Shown here: piece by piece, positions 1-13,467 of the stretch | Numbering within the stretch: the stretch's first letter is position 1 | Layout of the letters: each line of letters starts with the position of its first letter | Assembly: GCF_009914755.1 (NCBI RefSeq) | Contig: NC_060935.1 | Source of the DNA: the human T2T-CHM13v2.0 reference genome, Homo sapiens | Strand: one strand, 5' to 3' | Length of the DNA: 64,000 bases | Position numbers and translations under genes: made by a program | The notes under the pieces: generated by a model | Told to the model about the DNA's origin: nothing | The model's database searches: none | Seen by the model: only the letters and a program-made list of their open reading frames with translations

Positions 1-562
1 TTCTTTAAACTAAGAACCATGTAGGCTGAACTTAGGTTTAGCAACGGGTAGTTGGGACCAAGGTGAGAGCTGCTGATGTTCAGCCCCTCACAAGAAAGAG
101 CCCTCCACTGGGAGCTTTGGAGAGAGGGAGCTGTTTGTTCTCAACTGCACCCATTTGGACTGAAGTCTCTGTTTCACTGGGCTGGGCAGGAGGAGCAGGT
201 AGATTTTGGTTCAAATACCAAGACTCTCACTTTTCTTATCAAGTTTTAGCATATTTTCTTGAATCACTATTTCTTCATTTGCTGTGTACCATTAGGGCCA
301 TTTCCAGAGATTTTTACATGGTTGCTTTATAAAATAATTTTCACCAGTTTTTTAAGGGGAATGGGTTGGGTAAGTCCATGATCTCTTACACTGTCATGCT
401 GGAAATGAAACTTGTATTCCACATAGGTCATCTTGCTTTTATCCCATGACCTTGCTAGGCTATCCCCCTTGCTATCTTTTTTTTTTAATACTTAGGGTAT
501 ATAGGATTGAGTCTTCAGTGTATGGCATATCATCACACTATCATCTGTGAAGGCCCCTCTAT

Positions 563-588
563 TGTGTGTGTGTGTGTGTGTGTGTGTG
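563..588. repeat. (TG)13 microsatellite
   Basis: Direct reading of TG dinucleotide run. Confidence 0.95.
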
Positions 589-699
589 TTTAATTGTCTC
601 CTTTCAATTCCTCACTTCCATTCTGGTTCCAACCTCACAAGCAGCCAGACTCCTGTGTTTATTGAGTACATTTTTGTTCTTTGTGTAATTTTAAATGTG

Positions 700-1265
700 T
701 ATTTCATTACATCTTAACTTCCCTTTCTTTCTTCTTTTCACTTAGCACTTTTTTTAAGATCTCTTCATGAATCTATCCAGCTCGCTGTTTTAAATGCTGC
801 CTGGTATTCTGTAGTGTGAATCTGCCCCATCGTATCTGCCTACACTCCCAGCAATGAACACCCAGATTTCCTACAACTCTCTCCACCACAAATAGCATTG
901 CAATAGATATCTTCACTTGTCTTCTTATGGATCAGTGTGAGAATATATCTTGGATATCTTCCAGAGGTGACATTGCTGGGCATAGTATAGGCTTATATGT
1001 AATTTGTCCAAGAATATCCATACTGCTTTCCAGAATGACCGTGCCACTCTGGGGCCCTGAAGCCATGCACAAGGGCTGTAATCATCCTACCTTCTCACCA
1101 ACACTTGGCATTATCCTAATTGTGCCAGTCTAATAGGCTTAAAGTAATGTGCCATTGTTGTTTTAATTTGCATTTCCTTGATCACTAATTAATTTCTACA
1201 TCTCTTTATATGCTTATTAACCTCTAGGGTTTCTTTCTCTGTAAATTGGCAGTTTATATCTTTAT
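700..1265 (-). mobile_element. Old L1 (L1ME-type) 3' fragment
   Basis: Reverse-complement L1 3' motifs such as 'ttctcaccaacacttggcatt' and 'ttgttttaatttgcatttccttgatcactaat'. Confidence 0.7.
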
Positions 1266-1304
1266 AGCTAACTTGTTTTCATATGTGATATGTGTTTGAT
1301 ATCA

Positions 1305-1530
1305 TTTTGAGTGCTTTATATGTGCTACATCATTCCAATTCTCATAACAACCTTATGATTTAAGTAATACAGTTAGCCCGCTTGCTTCGAAGACTGAAAC
1401 TGTGACTTAGAAAGTTTTAATAATTCTCCCAATGTTGTATATATTTAATTAGTTGCAGATCCATGACTCAAACCCAAGTCTCTCTGGCTCTCAAACTCCT
1501 GTTCATAATCACTGCACTCTACTGCCTCTC
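1305..1530 (-). mobile_element. MIR SINE
   Basis: 'ctcataacaaccttatga...gaaactgtgacttag...actcaaacccaagtct' matches the reverse MIR core. Confidence 0.7.
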
Positions 1531-1599
1531 ACTGCACTCTGCCTAACAGAGACACCACATACTGACTGGGCACAACAGTCGGAGTCTTAGGGGGTTTAA

Positions 1600-1840
1600 A
1601 TGGATTCATTTCTTTAGAAACTCTTTATCAAGGACCATAGTAGGCACTGGGGATAGAGAAATAAATCAGGCAGAAAAGTCCTTCTTTTGTAGAGCTTAGA
1701 GTCTAATAGGAAAGACAAATATCAAATGAATATACAATCATTTATGAATTACAATAGTGGTAAGAATTATTAAAAAGTGCAGATGGACCTAATCAGTCAG
1801 AATTTTCTGAAAGAGTGGCATTCAAGATGAAATCAGGGAA
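1600..1840 (-). mobile_element. L2 3' fragment
   Basis: 'taggcactggggatagag...gagcttagagtctaatagg' is typical of the reverse L2 3' end. Confidence 0.6.
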
Positions 1841-1974
1841 AGGGCAGTATAATAAAAATCCATGAGAAAGCAGAAGCCGCCAGTTAATGGAAGCCATCGG
1901 GGACAGAGATGCAGAGCCAGGAGGAGGAAGGCCACAGAGGCTGAGGAGGCAGAGGCAGGGACAGCTCTTGAGAT

Positions 1975-2545
1975 TACTGATGGGGATAGTGTCTGTTGAT
2001 GCCACCACTTTGGAAAACAATTTGGCCATGTATGATAAAGCTGAAAAGTACATACTTTATAGTATAGCAGTTGATTTTCTTCCATAAACTCCGAAGACTA
2101 TCCCACACACACACACACACACACACAAGGAGGTTCATTGCAGCAGTGCTTTGTATAGTAAGAAATTAGGGAAAAAAAACAAATGTTCATCAGTAGAGAA
2201 GTGAATAAATTATATTTCATATCCACACACAATGGAATATAATACAATTGTTAAAAGAATGAGCTAGATCTGTTATAGGTATTGACATGAAAATATCTAT
2301 AAAGTATAACATAGGTATGTACAGTGTAAAATATTTATACAGATGTTTGAAACCCAAAACAATACTGTATTCATTTTTATTAATATAATTTTAGGTAGAA
2401 AGTATAAAAACAAGAAATGGAAGAATATGGAGAAGTTTCACAATAGAGGTTTTCTCTGAAAATGAGTGTGAGAAATTGAATAGAAAATGAGGGAAAAAGG
2501 AAACTTTAGTTTTGTCTGTGTTGTTATATTTCTTTTATTTAAAAT
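1975..2545 (+). mobile_element. Old L1 (L1ME-type) 3' fragment with internal (CA)n at about 2104-2127
   Basis: 'accactttggaaaacaatttgg', 'aaatgttcatcagtagagaagtgaataaatt', 'cacaatggaatataat'. Confidence 0.7.
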
Positions 2546-2554
2546 GAGGAAAAC

Positions 2555-3044
<490 letters not shown>

Positions 3045-3138
3045 TTAAAACTCTGGATGGTGGGCACGCTGATGTTGTTAGTCTTATTTTCTGAACATTA
3101 AATTTGTTTTTAATATATTTTTAAAAACATGTAAAGAA

Positions 3139-3435
3139 GGCCAGGTGCAGTGACTCACACCTGTGACCCCAGTGCTTTGGGAGCTGAGGTAGGAGGATCC
3201 CTTGAGGCTAGAAGTTCAAGACCAGCCTGGGCAACATAGCATGACTCCCCTCTAAAAAAAATTTTTATTTTTAAGAATTAGCCAGGCATGGTAGCATGTG
3301 CCAGTATTCCTAGCTACTCAGGAAGCTGAGACAGGAGGAGCAAGCTCAGGAGTTCAAGTTTACTATAGTAAACTACGAACATGCCACTGCATTCCAGCCT
3401 GGGCAGCAGAGCAAGACTCTGTTTAGAAAAAAAAA
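3139..3435 (+). mobile_element. AluJ
   Basis: Dimeric Alu with J-type 'ggaggatcccttgagg'; TSD-like aaacatgtaaa / aagcatgtaaa. Confidence 0.9.
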
Positions 3436-3587
3436 TTTTTTTAAGCATGTAAACAAAAACGAAATACCAAGCCTAGTCTATTAAAAATGTTTAATAGACT
3501 CATAATATTTTAAGTGTTAATACCCTAGGTTGAAGAGAGTGCAAGGACATCTTTTTCCAATAGCATTTCCATTGCTATTGATGAGAC

Positions 3588-4568
3588 CTTTCTATAAGGC
3601 AGGCATTCAACCTATAAAAAGTAATATTTGGCATTTCTTAGGATCTTTCAGATTTCAAAAACATGATATTCAGTCTGCCTCCATGACTGTAGTTTATTGT
3701 GCTAAGAGAAAGTAAGGAACTAGAAATAAGGCACTAGGTAGATTTGGATACAAGACAGCTTGTAGCCACCTTGCTATAGGGTCATCCTTCAGAACCAGCA
3801 TCTGTTACTCCCTCTTCTACTCACTCCACAACTATTAGGCTGTTATGGCAACCAGGATCCATTCCTCTCATAGGATTAGCCCTTGAAATGCTGCACTAAA
3901 ATAGAACAATGGTGAGAACAATTTGTATGAATCTTTAGAAATGTTATTGATCATGAGGCATTCACCATGCTGGCAAAATTGGACAACAAAGGCCAGGTTG
4001 GACTCAGAAGGGGGAAAGTGCACACCCCCGTCCTTTTGTAAGCGGATATTCCAGTAGCTTCTTTAGTCTCCTTCCAATGCCTTGCACTTTCTCCTATAAG
4101 ATGTGGCATATGTTTTTATCTCAGGTTTTGATTCATTCTTTTATATGTCATAATTGAAAGTGCGCTATGAAGACCCCAACTTATCTAAAGTTTTTATAGA
4201 CCTGTATCTGAGTTTCTATTGAAGGAATTTGAGATGTTACAGATATTCTAAAGCAATTATCTAAGAATTAAAAAAGAAACATCATTATAAAATACATCAT
4301 CAGTCATGGCTATCTTGTTTTGGGGTAATAAAAGTAAGCGGTTGGCAGAAAATTGAGATGACAAAAATTTGGTCCAGCAATTCCATTTCTATCTATACAC
4401 CCTAAAGGCACTACCAGAGGCAGTGGGATAGTTGCCCCTTGATGGCCTCATAAACCAAATTAGGTAGAGCTATTGATCAATTTTGGTGTTTTGGGACGGT
4501 TTATATAGCACAAAGATTATGCATTTCTTGAAAGTTGAAAGTAGTCCCCAGTTTACGAACCTTTATTT
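3588..4568 (-). pseudogene. Candidate decayed exon cluster (5 exon-like segments, minimal introns), possibly a CCDC162/DUF4549-family paralog
   Basis: Five minus-strand acceptors (AG at 4569-70, 4261-62, 4094-95, 3896-97, 3702-03); introns of 91, 70 and 68 nt; protein-like frames broken by TAA/TAG/TGA. Confidence 0.45.
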
Positions 4569-4607
4569 CTGAGAAAACAATTGGTCAGCTTCTTGAAAAA
4601 TTTAATT

Positions 4608-7600
4608 ACGCCCAACAGCAACAAAATACACATTATTCTCAAGTGCAAACAGAACATTCTCAAGAATATATCATATGTCAAACCATCAAACAATACAAAT
4701 TCAAAAAGATTGAAATTATACCAAGTATTTCTTCCAACCACAATTTTATGAAACTAGAAATCAATGACAAGAGGAAAATTAGAAAAGGTATAAATATGAG
4801 GAAATCATACAACACAGTCCTGAACAACCAATGGGTAAAAGAAGAAATCAAAAGGAAAATCAAAACATATCTTGAGAAAAACAAAAATGAAAACACAACG
4901 TACCAAAACTTGTAGGATGCAACTAAAGGAGTTTTAAGGGGAAAGTTTATACCTATAAATGCCAAATTAAGAAAAAAGAAAGATCTCAAATAAACAAGCT
5001 AAGTTTACACCACAAGGCACTAAACAAAGAAGAATAAACTGAGCCCAAAATTAGAAGATGAATGGAAAGAATAAAGATTAGAACAGAAATAAATCATATA
5101 AACAACAGAAAAACATTTAAAAATATCAATAAAACTAAGAGCTGGTTTATAAAAAAAAAAGATAAGCAAAATTTACAAACCTTTAGCTCGGTTAACCAAG
5201 AAAAAAGAGAAAGAACTCAAACAACTACAATTATAAATGAAAGAGGAGACATTATGATGGATACCACAGAAACACAAAAAATCATAAGGTACTACTATGA
5301 TCAATTATATGGCAACATTTATATGCCAACAAATTGGATAACTTAGATGAAATAAATAAATTCTTAGAAACAAACAACCTACCAAGTCTGAATCATGAAG
5401 AAATAAAAAATCTGAACAGACCAATAATGAGTAAGAAGATTGAATCAATAATCAAAAAACTCCCAACAAAGAAAAGCCCAGGACCAGATGGCTTCACTGG
5501 TTAGTTCTACCAAACACTTAAAGAATTAATCTTTCTCAAACTCTTCCTAAAATTGAGATTAGGGAATATTACTAAAATCATTTTACAAAGCCAACGTTAC
5601 CCTGATACAAAAATAAAGAAAATTACCAGCCAATATTCCTGATGAAAATAGATGCAAAAATTCTCAACAGAATACTAGCTAACCAAATTCAACAGCACAT
5701 TAAAAGGATCATTCACCACGATCAAGTGAGATTTACCCCTGGAATGCAAGAATGATTCAACATATGTAAATCAATGAATGTGATACACTGCATGAACAAA
5801 ATAAAGAACAAAAATTATATAATTGTCTCAGTAGATGCAGAAAAACATTTGACAAAATTCATTCCTTCATGATAAAAGCCTTTAACAAATTAAATATACA
5901 ATAAGGTATCTCAACAAAACAAAGGCTATATATAAGGAGCCCACAGCTAACATCACACTCAGTGATGGAAAGCTGAAAACTTTTCCTCTAAGATCAGGAA
6001 GAAGACAAGGGTACCCACCTTAGTACTTCTATTCAACATACTACTGGAACTTTTAGACAGAGCAGTTAGGCAAGAAAAGGAAACAAAATGTATCCATATT
6101 AGAAAAAAAGAAGCAAAAGTATCTCTGTTTGCAGATTACTTAATCCTATACATAGAAAACCCTAAATACTCTACAAAGAAAAAATAAAAAACCTGTTAGA
6201 ACTAATAAACAAATTCAGACAAGTTGCAGGATACAAAATCAACATACAAAAATGATTTGTGTTTTTATACACTAACAATGAACTGACCAAAGAAGAAATT
6301 AAGAAAATAATCTCATTTATAATAGCATCAAAAGGAATAAAATATGAGTAAATTTAATCAAGGATATGAAAAATCTGTACATTGAAAACTATGAAACATT
6401 AGTAAAATAAATAGAAGAGACAAATGAATGGAAATATATTCTGTGTTTATGGGTTGAAAAAAGTTAATATTGTAAGAATATCTACAGTATCCAAAATGAT
6501 CTATAGATTCAATGCAATCCCAATCAAAACTCCAATGGCATTTTTAAAAGAAATACTAAAAACAATTCTAAAATTCATATGAAACAACAAAAGATTCTAA
6601 ATAGCCAAAGCAATCTTGAAAAAGCAGAATAAAGCTGGAGGTATCATAGTTCCTCACTTCAAACAACGTTACAAAGCTATAGTAATCAAAGCAGCATAGT
6701 ACTGGCATAGCAATAGATATATAGGCCAATGGAATAGACAAGAGAGCCCAGAAATAAACCCATTTCCCAATATGGCCAATTAATATTTGACAAGAGCACT
6801 AAAAATACACAATGGGAAAAGGATAGTCTCCCTTAAATGATAAGAAAACTGGATAGCCATATGCAAAAGAATAAAATTGGACCCCTATCTTGTATCATTC
6901 ACAAAAATTAACTCAAAATGGATTAAAGACTTAAACGTAAGACTTGAAGCTGTTAAACTTCTAGAAACAAACATAGAGGAAAAAGCTCCATGATATTGGC
7001 TTTGGCAATAATTTTTTTGGATATGACACAAAAACTACAGGCAACAAGCAACAAAACTACAAGCAACATAAGCAAAAATAAACAAATTGATCATATCAAA
7101 CTAAAAACTTCTGCACAGCAAAGGAAACAATTAACAAAATGAAAAGGCAACCTACAGAATGTGAGAACATATTTGGAAACCATATATCTGATCAGGAGTT
7201 AATAGCCAAAATATGTAAGAAACTCATTTAACTCAATAGCAAAAATGATTTCGTTTTTAAAATGGACAGAGAACCAGAATGGATACTTTTCCAAAGAAGA
7301 CATACAAATGACCGACGGATATATGAAAAGGTACTCAATATCACTAATCAGCAGGGAAATGCAAATCAAAACCACAATGAGATGTTACCTACACCAATTA
7401 CAATGTCTATCATCAAAAACGGCAAAAGATTAAGAGTGTTGATGATGTGGGAAAAAATGATCCCTTGTACACTGTTGGTGGGAATGTAAATTAGGACAGC
7501 AATTCATTGTGAAAAACAGTATAAGGGTTCCTCAAAAAATTAAAATAGGACTACAATGTGATCCAGCATTCCCACTTCTAGGTATATATGCAAAAGAAAT

Positions 7601-8320
7601 GAAATCACTATGTCAAAGAGACATCTGCACTCATATTCATTGCAGCATTATTCACAACAACCAAGACATGGAGACAATCTATGAGTCTGTGAAGGGATGA
7701 ATGGGTCAAGATGCCATATATATATATATTTATACACACACACACACATATATACATACATATATACATATATATACACACATATATATACACACACACA
7801 CAGTGAACTACTATTCAGCCTTTAAAAAGAATGAAATCCTGCCATTTGTAACAACATGGATGAGTCTGGAAGGCATTATGCTAATGAAATAAACCAGACA
7901 GAGAAAGACAAATACTGTATGATCTTATTTATATGGGAAATATTAAAAAAGTTTAACTCATAGAGAAAGAGAATAGGATGGTGGTTGCCAGGGGCTGGGA
8001 GTGGGAGAAATGAAGAGATGTTTGTTAAAAAGCCCAAACCTTCAGTTATTAGATGAGGAAGTTCTGGGAATCTAATGTATAGCATGGTGACAATACTTGA
8101 GATTTGCCAAGAGAATAGATCTTAAGTGTTCTCACTACAAAAAAAAAAAAAAAAAAAGAAGAAGAAGAAGTAGTAACTGGAGTGGTAGTAGATGTGCTAA
8201 CTAACTTGATTGTGGTAATGGTTTTACAACCTATATGTACATGAAATCATCACAATATTTAATACTTTAAATATATACAATTTATTTATCATTTATATCT
8301 CTAAATCTGGGGGGAAAATG
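4608..8320 (+). mobile_element. 5'-truncated L1MA-type LINE-1 (ORF2 remnant plus 3' UTR; L1MA8-10-like)
   Basis: ORF2-like translations (e.g. NNQWVKEEIKRKIKTYLEKN, MQIKTTMR); 3' UTR 'gatcttaagtgttctcac...cttgattgtggtaatgg'. Confidence 0.92.
7716..7801. repeat. Compound (TA)/(CA) microsatellite within L1
   Basis: Direct reading. Confidence 0.9.
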
Positions 8321-8589
8321 AAATAACTATATTATTGTGAAATAATTATGGAAATCAGTAATTATAATTACTTATTATAATAAATTGCTTTATTATTAAT
8401 TATTTAAATTTGCTCATGAGTTCCAGTTACTTAGGATATAGCCTTTACTTACGTGTTCAAATAGTTTTGACACTTATAGAGTTCTTTTGTATAATAAAGT
8501 CCATATTCCTGAATTACACTTTGTTTCATTTTAATCAAATGAGGTACATCTTTAAGTAATTTTTTCCAAGGAGAAATTATTACTATTAT

Positions 8590-8750
8590 TATTAATATTA
8601 GCTAACCTTTTTAGAGCCTATAGATACCTGACACCTTCCTAAATGCTTTATGTTATTATATCATTTAAAATTCAAAATAACTACATGTTATTGAAGTTCT
8701 ATATAAGGTGCCTATTATCAATGCCCCCATATTACGCAATTTACAAACCC
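8590..8750 (-). mobile_element. MIR fragment
   Basis: 'ctaaatgctttatgttattatatcattt...cccccatattac'. Confidence 0.5.
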
Positions 8751-8929
8751 TTGAATGTCTGAGAATTTTCTTTTTTCTTACATATCCACAGCAACAAGCT
8801 GGGGTAAATATTATTGTGTCAGCAACATTTTCCACAGGAAATCTATGTAGAAAATTTAAGTATTTACAGTTACTGAGAAGAAATCAAAGGTCAACAGGAT
8901 TTTTGTTCCTTTGGCAGCAGCCTGTTTCG

Positions 8930-8930
8930 C

Positions 8931-8961
<31 letters not shown>

Positions 8962-9031
8962 GGTGGTGGTGATGGTTGGTATTGGTGGTGTTGGTAGTGG
9001 TGATGGTTCGTATTGGTGTTGTTGGTAGTGG
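8930..9031. repeat. Compound (TTG)n/(GTG)n trinucleotide repeat
   Basis: Direct reading. Confidence 0.9.
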
Positions 9032-10117
9032 TTTATTTTGCTTTGTTTTCCTGGGAAGTTGCTAAGGCCATAGCATGATGCCCTTTCCCTTATCATTTCC
9101 TAGAACAGAGTAAGACCTTGGGATCTGCATATTCAGTTTGTTCTTCACTGCTGGAAAGTTTTCATCAATACCATGTTGTGCATTGCTTCTGTTGCACTTG
9201 ATGTTGATTGTATCTTGAAGACACTGGCAGAGCTCTGCTCTCTGTCTTCAACCTCCATGTTACTCTCTTTAAACTTGCTCTGCAATCGAAGATATTTTAA
9301 AGGTTTTTTTTTACCCCTAGGCATTGCTGTTTTAATTTTCCAGAGTCAATTCTGTTCTTCATTGCTTCCAGTGTGATTTTAATTCTTCTATTGAAATTCT
9401 AGTATCCTTGGAATCCTTCCTTAACTCAGCCTGTTTTTCTTTTTGGCACATATCCTTATGTAATCATCTCACCTAAATTTGTTCTTTCCCAGTGGCTTTC
9501 TGGTCCTATTTCAATGACACCATGTTCTTGCATCCCAAAGAAAACAGTGAGCAGCTTGTAATACTTGGGATGTTTTGGTTTGGAAACAATATTAAACCAA
9601 TTTAGACTGTCACAAAGCAGTTCAGAACTTATGAACAAAGCACAGCTCCAGATCTCAGTGATTCTCTTTTTCTGCCCTCCTCACATGTCGGTTTCTTCAT
9701 TGGGCAGGCTCCCAGGACAGCTATCAGCCAGAGCTGCATACTTCATCCTATGCATCCACACAGAAAGGACATCACCTCCTATAATCATTGAGCAAAAACC
9801 CTGAGCTTCTTTCTGGCCCACCTTTGACCAAGGACATTCCATGTACTGTTTGACTTATGTCTCTTAAAACCGTCACTATGATATGGGCACAGAATCACAT
9901 ACCCCTAGAGGTGAAGATGAAGTTAGCTTGGGGAAAGGATGGATAGCCTAAACAAAAATCAGTGTGGTTAGCATTTTGGGGACTTTGTTGGTTGGTTGGT
10001 CTGGCATATACATGTATATTTTAGTGGGGAATCTCAGGTGATTCTTCTCTTTTCCTCAACTCCCCCACACTTCATGCATCAGTAAGACCTATCAACAATA
10101 CTTTGAAAACATTTCCT

Positions 10118-10409
10118 GGCTGGGCAGTGGCTCATGTCTGTAATTCCAACACTTTAGGAGACTAAGGCAGGGGGACCACTTGAGCCCAGTAGTTGGAGAC
10201 CAGTCTGGGAAGTATAGTGAGTCTTCATCTCTACAAAAAAATAAAACACTAGCTGAGCACAGTGGTGCTTGCCTGTAATCCCAGCTACTTGGGAGGCTGA
10301 GGTAGGGGGATCACTTGAGCCTGGGAGGCAGAGGTTGTAGTGAGCCAGGTTGTGCCACTGCACTCCAGCCTTGGTGACAGAGTGAGACCCTGTCTCAGAA
10401 AAAAAAAAA
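10118..10409 (+). mobile_element. AluJ (Jb-like)
   Basis: Dimeric Alu with A tail; TSD-like atttcctg / aatccctg. Confidence 0.92.
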
Positions 10410-10419
10410 TCCCTGATTC

Positions 10420-11030
10420 TGATCTGACCAATTGCCACCATGGTCCCTGTTTACCTTAATCCCAGCCACTGCCCTCTCACCTAAGGCACAACAAGAGCCA
10501 CTTTCACACTTCATTCATTCATCACCAGGCAGTCAGAGTATTCTTTTAAAACAATATCTAAAATAAACACTGCATTTAGAATAAAATTCAAAATAACAAT
10601 GACCTACAAAAGTCTATATACAATGGACTACTTTTTACTATATTCTAAATTCAATGACTTTTTTTTTTGATACCAACTCCAGCTCTACTTCAAGACCTTT
10701 CCACTAGCTATTTCCTATGTCTCATGGGTTCTTCCAACAAAAAGGTAGAGAAATTTCTCCTGACCACTCCCTGTAAAATCATGCCCACCTGCTTACCCAA
10801 TCACTCCATTCTCTTCTCTTGTTTTCTTCATGGAATCTGTCATGAATTGAAATTATCTTACTAATTTATTTATGTGTGTGTTATCTCTTTGTTTACACCA
10901 TTGCAGTGAAAATTTCATGAGGTCAGCATCTTTGTTTGCTTTGTTCACCACTATATTTCCAGAAGCTCTGACAGTGCCTGGCACTTAGCAGTTGCTCAAT
11001 AAACATCTGAAGAGTGAATGAATAAGTGAC
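10420..11030 (+). mobile_element. L2 3' end (L2a-like)
   Basis: Ends 'acagtgcctggcacttagcagttgctcaataaacatctgaagagtgaatgaa'. Confidence 0.8.
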
Positions 11031-11847
11031 AGAACAGATTCCATGAGAGACTGTTGGCTGTGCTGAGCCAGAGGTTCATCCTCGCTACTTCTGAAGTGTG
11101 TTGATAAGAGGTGGAGGTGTATGGGATCGGGATCGGGGAGGGGGTGGCGGATACAGATGAAGATTGCATTTCAAAGAAGTACATGACGTGTTCACAGTCA
11201 TACATCAAGGCAGGAAAAACTAGAGTCTCAGTCTTCCAAACCCCATTACCCCTCTCTCCTTCCTTACAACAGAAAATTCTGTCTCACATGACATGATCTG
11301 TATTTGTCCAGAAACAAAACAGACAAAGGAGGCTAGACAGCGGCTCTCACTCCTAGAGCTCATTTTCCAAGAATACACAAAATATATGGAAAACATTGAT
11401 ATGAGACTCTTCAAAAAAATCAGTTGCAAACAATTCATATAACAAGCACTGGAAGGCTCATACTTCTTCCTAGATTTATTAAATTTCATTTCAAAACTTG
11501 GTTGTAAATCAGCCAACAAATTTCCTTTTCAAACCATCTCCAATATCCTCCATTGCTGTTATTTAGAAACTTAACTGCCATTTTCACAAAAGACATAACA
11601 CTTTCCATGGCCTTCGACAGCCGATAACCCTGGCTGATTTAGACTCTCCATTTTGGCAATGGGCTTGAATAAGCCCCAAGAAACTAAGGCCCAAAAGGCT
11701 GGGGGTGGACGGAGAGTCTGAGAGGGCTGCTTGCTAAGAAGAGGGAGAAGGCAGAGAGAGGAGAAAGCACTGCCGATGCTCGATGCTCATGCACAGGGAG
11801 AGGAAAGGAGGGCAGCACATGAGGCCCCTGCTGCCATGTGCCCCCTG

Positions 11848-12073
11848 CTGAAGAGTGGGAGCTTTGTCACTAGGCAGACCCGGGTTGAAATCTCTGCATG
11901 GCTTCTCCTTACAACTGTGCCTTGGTCGGATTATCAAACCAATTTGAGCCTCTGTGTTATCATTTAAAAAGGGTAGCATCACCTAAATCACTGTGTTGTT
12001 GGGAGCATTAAATGAGATCACGCATGTAAAGCTCTTAGCTAAGTGCCTGGCACATGTAAACCCTCAATAAATA
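11848..12073 (+). mobile_element. MIR SINE
   Basis: 'attaaatgagatcacgcatgtaaagctcttagctaagtgcctggcacatg...ctcaataaat'. Confidence 0.8.
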
Positions 12074-13061
12074 CGATTTCTCAGGGGCCCTCCTGCCAAC
12101 TGCACATCTGCTCTCTCTTGGGACAGTCAGCCTACTATGCCCCTAGATGAATTTATAGTAAAGCCTCATTAATTTGAACCTTACTCACTTAGAGTTTATG
12201 ATAATTCATCAGTGGCCTAAGCTGAAATTTACTTTTATCAGTACTATAAAAAAAAATAACAGGGAGGTTAAAACAAATTTATGAGGAGACTATTTAAGTT
12301 AATGAATCATTCACTGTTATTTAGAAATAGTCACTTACATACTAATAATTGATGTGCTAATTACAAATGATTCTTATCTACACAGGAAAGCAAGCCCTTA
12401 ATTCAAAGTATAGTTCAAATTATTGAAAATTTGAAAAATGTTTAAAATTTTAGTTTAGTTGATGCTTTTAAGAAATGGATTTTATTACAAGTAAGTAATT
12501 AACATGCTTGCCAATTTTTAATATAATTTTCTAGCATATTCAAACATTGGTTTAAGGAGAAGTTTTAGCCCTGCTCTGTTGAAGCACATATGAAAGGAGA
12601 AAGGGAGGAAGGAAAGAATTCAAGAAGGGACACAGCCTTTCCTTCCACACTCCCCCGCCATTTCAGGTGTCACTTTTTCTAAGTAACACTGATCCTCACA
12701 CGTACAATTTTCATAGTAAATAATGACCATTTTCCTATTGCTTGGGCCTCTATAACACATTTTATTTTTATTCTGATGAAAGCTGACATTTTTAGTAACT
12801 CTAGCCTTTTTTAAAAAAAACAATCTAGAGTTCATCTTTGGAGCGAGAGTTGTTATGATTAAAGTAGGCAATGAACACATGCAAACGCTGCTCATTTAAA
12901 AGTACTGATTTGGAATGAGGGAAGTAGGAGCAAGGAAAAGATGGAGAAGTGGTCAGTTGGAATGAAACTTACTTCCATTTGGAGAAAATGCAATCTCAGG
13001 GCTTGAACTAACTGGCAGTGAAAGGCATTTTTTTTTTCTCTAATTGCTTCTGGCTTTTAAA

Positions 13062-13357
13062 ATTTCTTTTTTAAGGACAGGGTCTCGCTCTGTCACCTAG
13101 GCTGGAGTGCTGTGGTGCGATCATAGCTCACTGTAACCTCGAGATCCTGGGCTCAAGTAATCCTCCTGTCTCAGCCTCCTGAGTAGCTAGGACTACAGGC
13201 ACGCCACCACACCCAGCTAATTGTTTTTCAGATATTTTGTAAGAAATGGGGTCTGCTGTGTTGCCCAGGTTGGTCTCAAACTCCTGGCCTCAGGTAATCC
13301 TCCTACATCAGCCTCCCAAAGTGCTGGGATTACAGGCATGAACCAGCGTGCCCAGTC
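13062..13357 (-). mobile_element. AluJ
   Basis: Reverse Alu; TSD ttctggcttttaa / ttctgacttttaa. Confidence 0.92.
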
Positions 13358-13467
13358 CTGTTCTGACTTTTAATAGAGAGTTCAAGAGACCTAGGAGTGG
13401 AGAAGACTTGAGAGAAAACACACCAACATTCTAAGGATTCTTTTAAAACAGTTAACCTTTGGTTATG

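Noticed and set aside
4535-7700. Lys/Asn-rich ORFs
   Set aside because: Fragments of degenerate L1 ORF2, not host genes.
12155-12560. Possible ancient Tigger-like element
   Set aside because: One TIR-like start only, no matching end found.
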